From Catajapyx aquilonaris (taxonomy: Eukaryota), in NCBI GenBank assembly GCA_000934665.2, contig JYFJ02002768.1, positions 1-51,286 of the forward strand: a stretch of 51,286 nucleotides of DNA, given 5' to 3'. Made by a program: the position numbers and the translations under genes. Below the pieces are notes generated by a model, which had not been told where the DNA came from, made no database searches, and saw only the letters and a program-made list of their open reading frames with translations. Positions 1 to 10,365 of this stretch are shown in pieces (within the stretch, counting starts at the first letter, position 1; the number at the start of each line of letters is the position of its first letter).

Positions 1-349
1 CTTCTAGGCTGTCTCGGCCGTGTTTGGAGAGGGCAGTCCACTTCTGGATCATGCTGTAGGATGGTGCATCGCCAGCCAATGTATCCTTCATGTCCTCACA
101 GATATTCTTGGCACCCATTCCCTTTGCCACCAGGTACTGGATGACCGCGCGATGTGCGATGTTCGCCATCTTCACAAAATGCTGCGTACCCTTTCACATC
201 CGAATTATTTCTGAACCCAAGGACTTTGACACCTATGTCAATTGGGTGGATATAGGGGTTTGAAGGGTGGCTCGATTTAATGGCGATGTTTAGCTTCCGC
301 ATTTGCTTCTCCTTCTAGGCGAAACCACGAACTTATATAACACCCCTCG
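1..349 (-). mobile_element. mariner transposon, 5' part (TIR plus transposase N-terminal HTH), cut by the window edge
   Basis: Minus strand starts TA|CGAGGGGTGTTATATAAGTT, a mariner-type TIR with TA at 350-351. ATG at 169 reads MANIAHRAVIQYLVAKGMGAKNICEDMKDTLAGDAPSYSMIQKWTALSKHGRDSLE, matching the mariner HRAVI..GDxAPSYxTVxKW..F.RGR.SLE pattern. Confidence 0.85.
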
Positions 350-351
350 TA

Positions 352-637
352 GGATCTTTTGCAGATGCACATGGGTTCAAAATAACCTAAAATTCGAAAT
401 CAGCGACCCCGAAAACATGGGGAGACATGTTTTTTACGTGCTTAAACAGTTTAGGTGAGGAGCTATCAATTTCGATCGCGTTTTTTCGTTTTTTCTGATA
501 ACATTGACATTTTTAAAAAAACACGCGAAAAAGGGGGGGAGGGGGGGGGGGGTTTCAATAGATACCACGGTCGGTCACTGGGGGGAGCCCGGTCAAAAAG
601 TGCCCGAAAATCGGTCACGTGGTATATGGACGACCCC
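352..637. mobile_element. PIF/Harbinger-like MITE, right part
   Basis: Ends CACGTGGTATATGGACGACCCC|TTA, the same TIR family as the complete element at 29099-29363. The left end is not seen; the mariner at 1-349 probably interrupts it. Confidence 0.6.
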
Positions 638-1037
638 TTAGTGGTGCAATGCAAAACTAAAAAATAGTTTTTACAATGCTCAAAAACTGTGCTATTTTTC
701 AATACCCCAATGAAAAGAACTGGAAGAGTGACAAATTCAAGGTATGTGGTTAGTCTTTAGTAGCTTACACATACTGAAGCTGTTATTGTAAACACAAAGG
801 TAATGTATTGTATATGCACCAAAATACTCCCATGTTTTGGTTCATGATGAGCTATGAACTAACTGCCCTGCATAAACCTGAATAAATGGAAAAGGGTGGA
901 AAGCAGAAATTATATAACTTCTCAGCACCTCAGACACAAACTTGACTTGATAATTTGTCCAGTTAAAAATATATATATATATATATATATAATGAGAATG
1001 CAGGAGCAATTGCATAAAACCAATGGCTCTAACTTAC

Positions 1038-2947
1038 CTTTTGGTTATCTGGCCAGCAGCACCCTGGTCAGTCAAGACTGCTTCCCCCACCTGCCATGAC
1101 AAGGGTCCTACTGCTTCTTCCCGGCCTGAGTACTTCTTTGGCTTTGATTTTACCCTCCTCTTTCCTCTGCTTGGAGCAGTCACACCAGGACTCAGATTAA
1201 GGGCTTCAATAATGTTTTGGAAGGGATCAATGGTATTAGCCGTAGTGTGATCAGCAATGACGCTTTCAGTGTTTTGTTGGATATCAATGGTGCACGGAGA
1301 AGTAAAATTTTCACCTAAGTTTTCGTATCCATGTGTAGACTTGGAATGAATAGCTTGAGCACATGCAGTATTTGGTGGGGATGATGAAAGCTGACAATGA
1401 GAGGTACTGGATATGTCACTACGAGACCTTACATGGTCCCTTTCATTTCTCCTGCACTCCTTTCTCTCATTCATATGCTTTTGCTTATTTTCCAATTTGC
1501 AGTCATTGTCTTTTTGGTCATAACACTTCTCATTTGGCTCACTCCTTTGCAACTGTTTAGCTCTGCTCCTTGTTGTTACACCTTCCACCCTTAAATCAGC
1601 TTTTCCAGTTTCATTTATTTCAGAGACAGAAGAGCATGCCCCTCTTACTGACACAATAATAGGCAGAGTCGCTTGATCTTCCTCGTCCTGCTCTTCTACA
1701 TCTGTTTCGACTTCAGTCTTGACTCGTAACGTGAGGTCTACAAGAGAACTTCCTTGCCACTCATTTCTTAATTCCATGTCCTCTGAACCATGTTTCTGTT
1801 CCCATGCAAAACGATTGCTGGTGGGAAATGGCTTCACAATCTCTCCAAGTTGGCAGTTGGACATTTCAGTGTCATCTGGTTCATATATTTGTTGTGGGAT
1901 TTCACACTCAGGTTGCCACTGCCACTTGTCATCCCAAACCCACTTCCCTCTCACACACCTAACAAGACCAGAGGTAATGTTACTCAGCTGGACCACTGGA
2001 GGTGAGATGTCTCCTCCAGTAAGTGCAGTGCAAGAAAGGCCTTGTTCTTCATCTGGACTAACAGGTGCAGCAATATCATCAAAGGTTGGTGTCACCATCA
2101 TGTCATGGGATGCATGCCCAGGAGAAATTGGCAATGCAACACATGATTGTTCCTGCTCCATATTCTCAAGTTGTCCAGAAGTATTGGGAAGCTCAGATGC
2201 ATTCAGAAGTGCCTCGCCATGTCCGCCAACAATGTTAGGTTCTTCCATTTCTTTCTCTGCCTCGACTTCAGAAAGAGAATCCAAGTCAGTAATTCTGTCA
2301 ATATCTCCATGTGAAGTTAAAAAACCACTGCAATTATTAGCAATTGCTTCCTTGCCACCATGTGAGGTATCATTTCCTTTAACTTTCTCACCAATTTGGC
2401 GCAATTTTGTACCTTCATTAGTCAGATTTTGCAAGAGTGTTATAAAACTCGTTTTGGATGATGACACACGGCGAAGACACAGCTCCCCTTCAGTACTGGA
2501 TACCTTCGTGCATACTGAATTTTCATCACCAGTATAGTTGCTGTTTTTCATTGCCTCAATACAGCTTGCCATTAGTGTCTCCAAGCAATCAGGAGAATGA
2601 CATGGGTAAGAATACACACTGTCATCATCAGATTCGTCATCACACTTCTCCATAGTTGTTGTTCTGTCTTCTCTATTCTCTGTACTGGCTTGAACATATG
2701 AAACCTGTCCACAACTAGCGTTCTGTATGTCTTCAGTATCATGCCCAGTAATATCCACTTCAGATTTTCTCTTCCAAGGCTCTGTGCAGTCATTGCTCTG
2801 TTCTTTCCACCACCTGTGATCACACTGCTCTTCACCTTTCTTGCCTTCTGCAAGGCTTGGAAATGAACACTCTCGTTTGCTTCGGTCATTTTTTTCTTCT
2901 AGACTCTTCATGTTTATTTCTCTCTTCCCATCCCCTAATTCCACCAT
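1038..2947 (-). CDS. large coding exon (~636 codons) of an unidentified acidic/Ser-rich, probably disordered protein; gene continues left of the window
   Basis: Uninterrupted 637-aa ORF. ATG at 2947 has a good context (AGTATGG) and an in-frame stop just upstream. Ends at a strong donor AAG|GTAAGT (1038/1037). Candidate acceptor CTCTTTTCTCTAATTTAG at 3018. No domain recognised. Confidence 0.7.
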
Positions 2948-3575
2948 ACTTTCTTACTTGCTCTCACAGAAATGGAGCACAAAGCAGATTCTCAGCTCAA
3001 CATGTCCTCTTGTGTCGCTAAATTAGAGAAAAGAGATATTTGTTAAAGTAGTGCGCCCAGGCAGGGTCGTAAAATAATTCGTTGTACTGTGCTGGACACG
3101 GCTGGACATTTTAGCAGTCCGAGTGTTTACTTAGTTGCCAGGTAACGGGCGCGTTTTTACTAGACTCCGCTCAGAGCACTTCGTGCGTGGCAGTGATGCC
3201 AGCGGCTCGGAATTATCTGTCTCCCGAATCCGGCACATAAAGGCCCCCTTTCTCCACCTAGATGACCTGCAGCCGCCTTGCGAATGTTTTCCGTCGTATC
3301 CGCAGTATATTCAAAATCAACTTCCTCATCTCTCGCAGTAAACCAGGCATTGTAGTGTACACTTCCATTGGCACCACTCCGCTGCCCCGTTTTTCCCGCC
3401 AATTTTGAAGGCACTTTTAAATATGCCTTCATTTATCCAGTAATGTCATTTTGATGCAACAGAGTGATGGAATGTATGTTTACAGGCATGGGCTAGCTAG
3501 TTATGAACAAAAATCCCAAATCCCAGACCAAGGCTAGTTCCCCATTGAAGACATCCGGGATGTTGACAATGGCCA

Positions 3576-5100
3576 TCATCCCAAACCCCATGAGACAGAT
3601 GCAGCTAACAAGTGACCTCGGGCTTGTAGAACTTCCGGAATTAAGCATTTCCATAAGACGTGTCTAGCATTATGTATCCCCATGCCACAAGGAGAACATA
3701 TTCTTCCACTATCCAACGTCCCACCTTTAAAACGAGAAATATTGGCAAGAAAGGGGCCATGACCGGAGATCATGCTGGCTACATGGCCATGAATATGCCA
3801 GTTAGTGTCGATGTTAGAAAGAAAGCCATGTCTACAAGTTCCACTCTCCGAATCCCAGCGTGGTCTGCCAAAGAGCCAGGGCGTGATGATGGACCATCCG
3901 GATCACAGATTCTTTCCTCTCCGGCAAGATCCGACCAACAGAAAGATCGGCTGTATGTCTAGCTTCTTCATCCGCCCTCTAATTCCCAAGTAAACCAACA
4001 TGGCCATTAACCTAGTAAAGGGATGTTGTTGCTGTGATGGACCCGTAGTGCAGCTCTTGCCCTGGCAGCAGCCAAAGTCTGGGTCCTGGAGTCAGCCAAA
4101 GACATAAGAGCCGACAAAGAATCTGAAGCAATGGCCGCCGTACCACTGCGAGGAAGTCGCAAATCCACCAATACCTCCAATGCTAGCTCGATCATTTCAA
4201 GCTCCACCACAAAGATCCCTGCAGAAGGTTGAAATGGCACCCTCTTCACAAACACTATTCATGTCCTAGGACCTAGATGATCGTAAGCCACCAAGGCACC
4301 CCCAGTCTGGTGACCTGGCGACAACCATCCTTGAAGATCACTGCATCCAATCCGGTCAAATCCTCAGTCCAGCAGCCAATGTCAAACCTCTCCCAGGTCC
4401 AAGGGGGAACCAAACGCCGTAAAGCAATCTTCCTGATAGCGGTACCCTCGGCCTCCATCCTCTTGAAAGTGCGATGCACTTCAAATCTAGCCCAGGCTTG
4501 GATGTCGGGAGGAACAAAAAAAAATCAAAAATTCTGCCATACAAAATGTTATTAAAGACGTTTCGTACATCCAGTGTCACTAAAAGGCAATGCTCTTTCC
4601 TGGCCCAAGAATACCTGATTTTATCAATCAAATGCTCAATCGCCTCCACCACACCATGCTGCGGTCGAAAGCCAAACTGATAACGATCCAAATCTCCTTG
4701 TGTTTCGACCCAGTACATAAGTCGATTGTTAAGGATGCGATCAAAGACCCTCCCAAGAGCAGGGGCTAGGCAGATGGGACGGACAGAACCAGCCTCTTTC
4801 TTGGTAAACGACTCTTGATACTTTCCAAGAAGGGAAAGCGCCAAGCTTGTAGAGGGCTTGCAACAACTTCAACCAGAAGCCACCCACTGCCAGAAATAAA
4901 AACATGGAGAAGAGTGACCAGCGGCAAACCCTCAGGACCAGGAGCTTGGTCGGATCCACACTATTATAGATTGCCTCTTCGAGTTCATTGCAGTACCAAA
5001 CTAGGGACCTCGGAAAGCCAAAAGTTGAAGTCTATTATCCCATGAACCATCATCATCAGGAAAGTATTCCTCAACGCGCCTCTTGTACAAGTGTATTTCA
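3576..5100 (-). mobile_element. degenerate non-LTR retrotransposon ORF2 (R1/LOA-like: RT, RNase H and C-terminal CCHC knuckle)
   Basis: In-order fragments: KAPGPEG-like motif (~4940); RPICLAPALGRVFDRILNNRL..QFGFRP..LDVRNVFNNI (RT domains 1-3); AIASDSLSALMSL (RNase H); ISGHGPF..CSPCG..HVLWKC. Contains frameshifts and stops, and the YADD region was not found. Confidence 0.85.
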
Positions 5101-6035
5101 CGCCATCCTGCAACATCCTCCCCGCAAGAACGCTCACCACAACGTCCACTTCCTAGTACTGCACCTTCTTACGGGAAATATTGTAAGTCGTATGTACGTC
5201 GTAATTATAGGTCAACACACTATCATAAAATGGCGGAATAACAAAATCACATTAGCTGTTACTTAGTAGCATAATAGCTATTGCTGCTGCTGGGTAGCAG
5301 CTATTTTCCAGTAACAGTTATTCAAATAACAGCCATTGTAAAGTAGCTGTCATTTCAACTGCTCCGACGGACGGGGGAACCCGATCCGCGCTGATAAAAT
5401 GATTGTCGTTTGCTATGGAGAAAAATAAATTCGCGTCCGGGGGGGGGGGGCGTGGGGGGACCTGGGACTGTGTGACATTGTTGTGTTTGGAACGCGTCCT
5501 AGGGGCATTTAAAAAACCGTTCAAATAACAAATCGATCGAACGCTCAAGCACAGGTAATTAGATATTAGCGAGCACATGGGATTTGGCAAAGCCACAATA
5601 ACGTTCGCTGGAGCGACAGTAAATGTTGCGGCTACAAACACACAATAAGAGTTCAGCTCGCAATGAATTCAAATCATCACGAAATGCGACGTGCCGTGCC
5701 TGGCAGGACCATAAGACGGGACCAAGGTCTGAGACGGGACAGCACTGGTGCAGTCACCCCAACGCAACGTCATGTACTCAATGTACTCAATGTACACACA
5801 ATAAAAAGTGACCGCCGCCAATTGGACCGCAGCATTACATTGCCACACACACTTGACAAAATTCGGGGAAGAAAAGTAATCATGGGGTCGAATGCCCCAG
5901 ATGAAAATATGCGAAGGAGTCGAAAACTCCAGGGCCGAAATGTCTGGATACCGTATTTCAATGGTAGCCACTCATTAACTGGCAGGAAGATTCCATAACC
6001 CTGGTAAATTAGTAAGGGCAAGTTGTCCTACATAA

Positions 6036-6644
6036 AGGTGGGTTTACATGTGAGCGAAATGATCAGCGAAATGCATCGCGGCGATGCATTTCGACCGTGA
6101 ATTGTAGCGGTTCTGACGTCATGACTCAAGCGATAGCGCTTAAGCATCGCCCGTGTGTTTACATGCCGGCGACGTGCATCGCCACGGCATGCCAACAGCA
6201 TCGCCCGCGCGAAGGACTATCGGAAGGAGACAAAAGACGATCGGGTTGTTTATGGCTCGAATTTTGGAATGGCGAAGAGTCTCCCTCGGCCTGTATCGCG
6301 AATATACTCGGCTTCTGTGGTTTTGGTGGAACAAGGGACCCTTGGGAGTGGTGGTGAGTAGGTATGACGTCTTCATCTGCGGCTTCTTCCCTCCTGACGC
6401 CATGTTGGAAATCGAACGAAAACAGGCGGGTGCCTTTCTGTCACCACACGCCGTCACAGTACAGCCACCCGAATACGCCACAAGTGAGCGACGATGTCGT
6501 CGCCATCTCCTTGAGCGATGTCATCTCCGAGGCCCTCCCTTCTTAAACGCGATTGCTACTTTCGGCCCAAATCACTGCTTTCGTTAGGATTTCATCGCTG
6601 GCGATGCAAATCGCTGATCATTTCGCTCACATGTGAACCCAGCT
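6036..6644. mobile_element. PIF/Harbinger-like MITE
   Basis: TIR of at least 34 bp, AGGTGGGTTTACATGTGAGCGAAATGATCAGCGA / TCGCTGATCATTTCGCTCACATGTGAACCCAGCT, flanked by TAA and TTA. Confidence 0.8.
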
Positions 6645-7304
6645 TTAGGCTCGGGGCAATCTTCTAACAGCTCCGTTAGAAGATCGTGTTTCAACCTTTA
6701 TGTCATCACATAACTCTTTTTATTGCGCAATTATTTGCCAAAACCCCGGCGATAAAACCCTGTGCCATTTATTACCGACAGAGTAATACACCAGCCATTA
6801 CCCGAAACCTCTGCACAACCTTCTGGACAAGCCTGCAGGAATCCAGAACTTCCGCATATCACTAGTTGCGATTTAAAAATAGTATATTCATATTATCTTG
6901 ATGTACCCCAGGTAGGAATTCTCTCTTTCACAACAACAGTATTAACTAACTGACAGTCTTATTTAGTATGTAAACTTACATCAGAAATCTTGAGCAAACA
7001 AACCCCTACAAAATACTACCATTTTTAGGTAAGCATACCGTGTTCTCGACAGGCTTAATTATCATGGGCAATCTTGGCCCAGGAATTTGCTGGCTTACTG
7101 GAAAATGTCACCTATCACTGACCAGAAATCAAAGTACTGTACAGTATTCATTTATACAAGAGACCAGTTTGAGGAACAAGTGAGCATTGTGAAATGCTGT
7201 TGTCCAGGCATATTCAGTCCTGGACAGAAAACTTGCTGTATAAAACTGCATTTTCCAGGGCAACCTGGTGGCTGGGCTGTCCCAGGTGTATAGTTGAGAC
7301 AAAG

Positions 7305-7306
<2 letters not shown>

Positions 7307-7361
<55 letters not shown>

Positions 7362-7430
7362 TCGCTGACTACCCTTTATAGGGAAAAATGTGATGATGAT
7401 GATGATGATGATGTAGTAGTAGTAGTAGTA
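7307..7430. repeat. microsatellites (TC)n, then (GAT)n(GTA)n
   Basis: Directly visible at about 7307-7355 and 7391-7430. Confidence 0.95.
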
Positions 7431-7589
7431 ATTTGGGCAGAGGATTTGGAGTGAGCTACTACTGCTCTTGAATTACACCAAGTCAATGTAATCAAGATAA
7501 ATTCAATGTTAGAATAAGAAACTATTACATAAGCTGGAGTCACCAGACGTACCTCCCCCTTAAGCGCATATGGGTTCACAGGGGGAACA

Positions 7590-8465
7590 AAAGGGCTGTA
7601 AATAAAATAGTGGCAACACATCTCTAGAAAATCAGTGAAATGTTGGAAGTGTACACCCCTTATGCCGCAGATTAGCGCTTACCTTCCTGGAGGGCATAAC
7701 AGGATCGTCCCACCTCCACCTACGCATGAGCAGTAAAGAGTATAACGTGAGCTGTTGCGATCAACCAGTCCAAATGCGATGTTTTCCAAATTCGAGCAAA
7801 GGTGCTGGTTAAAATTTGACAATTTGTCATGAAGGGCTTTCAGAGGCTTGTGGGGAACATGCATTGCCATATAGAACAGTTGCAAGGCGGGCAAAAGCCT
7901 TCCTTCAGGGAAGGCAAAACATGATAAATGAGCCCCGGCCCAGATGTCCAAGTGCAAGTGAAGAACAAGTGGCTGCTGTTTCCGCACTGATGGAGAACGA
8001 TCGGAGGTGGACAGTTCATGAGTTAGCCAGTGAGACAGGCACCATCTCCGGCCAGGAAGAAGCGACATCACTTTCTGCAGAATCTGCCCATCATTTTGCA
8101 CGGCAACACTCCATGTTGCAGAAGTTGTGAATCAGTTATTCACTCATGGAGTTGGGAAGTGCTCTACCACCCACCATACTAGCCTGATATAAGCCCCTGT
8201 GACTTTGACTTGATTCCTAAAATGAAGGAACCGCTTCGCGGCATTAGTTTCAAGATTATCCCCGACCTTCTTCACGCTTTAGACTGCTCTATACGAAACA
8301 TCAACCAAACCGGGGCTGCCAAAGGCATCGTTCGACTTCTACATCGCTGGCGATGGGTGTTACACAACACTTGTGACTACATTGAAGGATTCAGAACGTT
8401 TGCAGCTGCCATGATTTCCAGTCCAAGTAATTAAATAGTTGCCACTATTTTATTTACAGCCCTCG
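7590..8465 (+). mobile_element. internally deleted mariner element
   Basis: TIRs AGGGCTGTAAATAAAATAGTGGCAAC / GTTGCCACTATTTTATTTACAGCCCTCG|TA. Transposase remnants MFSKFEQRCWLK, EACGEHALPYRTVARR, WEVLYHPPY*PDISPCDFDLIPKMKEPLRG. The central catalytic region is missing. Confidence 0.9.
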
Positions 8466-8592
8466 TAAATGAATTACACCAAGTCAGGATATTGTGGGCT
8501 AGAAGCCAGGCTATGTCCATTGTGTCTCCTGCTCAATAGTTGTGTTAAGTAACTGGGCAACTTTTGGCCAGGAAACTTCCTGGCCATGACTC

Positions 8593-8902
8593 TTTTTTTA
8601 TGATTATGGGACTGACCCAGTCTTGTGGCCCTACAGCCCCTTACTCCCTATTTATCAACAAAATACACCAATGCAGTATCCAAAACAATAAACTGCACTC
8701 TTAGGCTAAGCCCGCATCCTCTTCTTCGCCTCCCGCCTTTGGGCCATGTGCAGTCCCCCAGGAGGTTAGGTTGCCAGACACCTCCAAGGTGCGGGTCAGA
8801 GACCCTCCCTACGCAGGCGAAAGGGAACTCCCAGGCGGGGATCGAACCTGGGACTTTTCCCGCAGCAAGCCGAGACGTTACCATCCCAACCACCACACCT
8901 CC
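8593..8902 (-). mobile_element. tRNA-derived SINE, family A (variant 3' half)
   Basis: Minus-strand head GGTGTGGTGGTTGGGATGGTAACG..GGTTCGATCCCCGCC with Pol III A and B boxes. The head is shared with four other copies; A-rich tail. Left boundary approximate. Confidence 0.8.
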
Positions 8903-9660
8903 CCATGTGAAGTACTTCTACTAAATGCAGAATCGCCCACTAGGATCACGACAGGCACTTGCCCTGAGCATCACTCTAGTGGCTATCTAATGCACTACCA
9001 CCCACAGCATCTAGCTGAATGAGATACGAGGGGGAGTGACCAGACCTTTATACTATTATAAGACCATGCCTGGAAGTAATGGGGCACCTGGATAGGGGTT
9101 CAACAAGCTACAAAATACACTGTACTCCCAATTATCCGGGCAAATGACTGCACGGGTGTCGCAGGATAATCAGACAACACAGATAATTGGGAAATACCGT
9201 CGTTGGGGGGATACCGTAAAATGAGCTATTCACAGGTTTTTAATGAACTACTGTACATACTGTATTCTGCTTTAAATAATACTAGAAAAACCCTCGCTTC
9301 GCTCGGATCTTTCTATGCCGCAGGCCAAGAAAGCCACTTGTTTCACTCGGTTTTTTGAGCCTGCGGCCTGGTGGGGGCCACATTGTTAACTGCTTCGGAC
9401 TTAGGTGACCACCTTATTTTTAATCTCTTTGGACTTACAGCCAGTGAGAATGCCCATGCCCCCATCACATGCATACCTTCTCACCCCCAGTAACCCGTTC
9501 CTCCGTTTTAAGGTGCATTCAGAAATCCGTGATTCCGTATTAGAAGCCGTTCAAAATTCGAACACAATATGTGACGAAGAGAAACGTAACAATTATGGTA
9601 GGCTGTATTTATTGTAGTTTCCTAATTTGGGGTGCAAACAAATTTCAGATTGCCCCCTAA

Positions 9661-9837
9661 GGGCCTGTTTCCACCGGCAGAATTTTCAAGCACAAAAAAA
9701 AACACAAAAATGGAGAACAAAATCAAACTACTTTATTATTATTACTTTGGTACTTTAATATTAATAGCCTAGCAACAAAAAATTGTTCTGGCTTGCATTT
9801 TTCCCAGAACAAAAATTCTGCCAATGGAAACAGGCCT
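9661..9837. mobile_element. PIF/Harbinger-like MITE
   Basis: TAA|GGGCCTGTTTCCACCGGCAGAATTTT ... AAAATTCTGCCAATGGAAACAGGCCT|TAA. Confidence 0.8.
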
Positions 9838-10083
9838 TAACAGTAGAAACGCATATCCCCTCTATAGTCTCTCAATAATTTTGGCTGCCTCATCATGCTG
9901 CGTATATCTAACAACACACCCCAAAACAACTGGAAATAAATGGCATGCATTTTGAACTGATATTTTATGACCTTAAAGTTGAAATTTTTCAACTTTTTCC
10001 CCTTTCCTCGTATCTGGGCATGCGCAGTTGGCTCCTCGCGGCTCCTCGTATGCGAGATTCTCGTACGTGGATACCGGCCTTAA

Positions 10084-10365
10084 CACTGGAACCATGATGT
10101 GCCTGAAAGCTACGGCAACCGTGACATGGGGTCTTTTAGGACCCCTTCCATATTTTAAATTTTATTAATTTTTATATAATACTTTTCAATGTATTGACTA
10201 TATGCAATCATTATTTGAACAATGCCTAAAATGATCACTAATTCAAAATAAACATGCACTTCCTGTTGTATACACTTATTAAATGGCAAAGCTCATTGTA
10301 ATTATCATTTTAATGCATTTTAATTCCTTTGGGGTCCTAAAAGACCCCACGTCACGGTTCCAGGT
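10084..10365. mobile_element. piggyBac-like MITE
   Basis: TTAA on both flanks. TIR and sub-TIR ACCGTGACATGGGGTCTTTTAGGACCCC / GGGGTCCTAAAAGACCCCACGTCACGGTTCCAG. Same family as 45842-46761. Confidence 0.7.

Noticed and set aside
1719..2537. 272-aa plus-strand ORF
   Set aside because: Antisense shadow of the 637-aa exon, with no independent motifs or splice support.
3043..3420. possible TTAA-flanked MITE
   Set aside because: CpG-rich and bounded by TTAA, but the terminal inverted match is too weak to call.
5200..6030. possible promoter or first exon of the orphan gene, and several 80-110-aa ORFs
   Set aside because: An AAAATGGCGG motif is present, but there is no supportable exon structure or protein motif.
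8830..8902. tRNA-like sequences here and at ~15130, 23390, 26055, 31690, 43305 and 44525
   Set aside because: A and B boxes are present but there is no proper cloverleaf; each continues into a shared body and tail, mostly with TSDs, so they are SINE heads.
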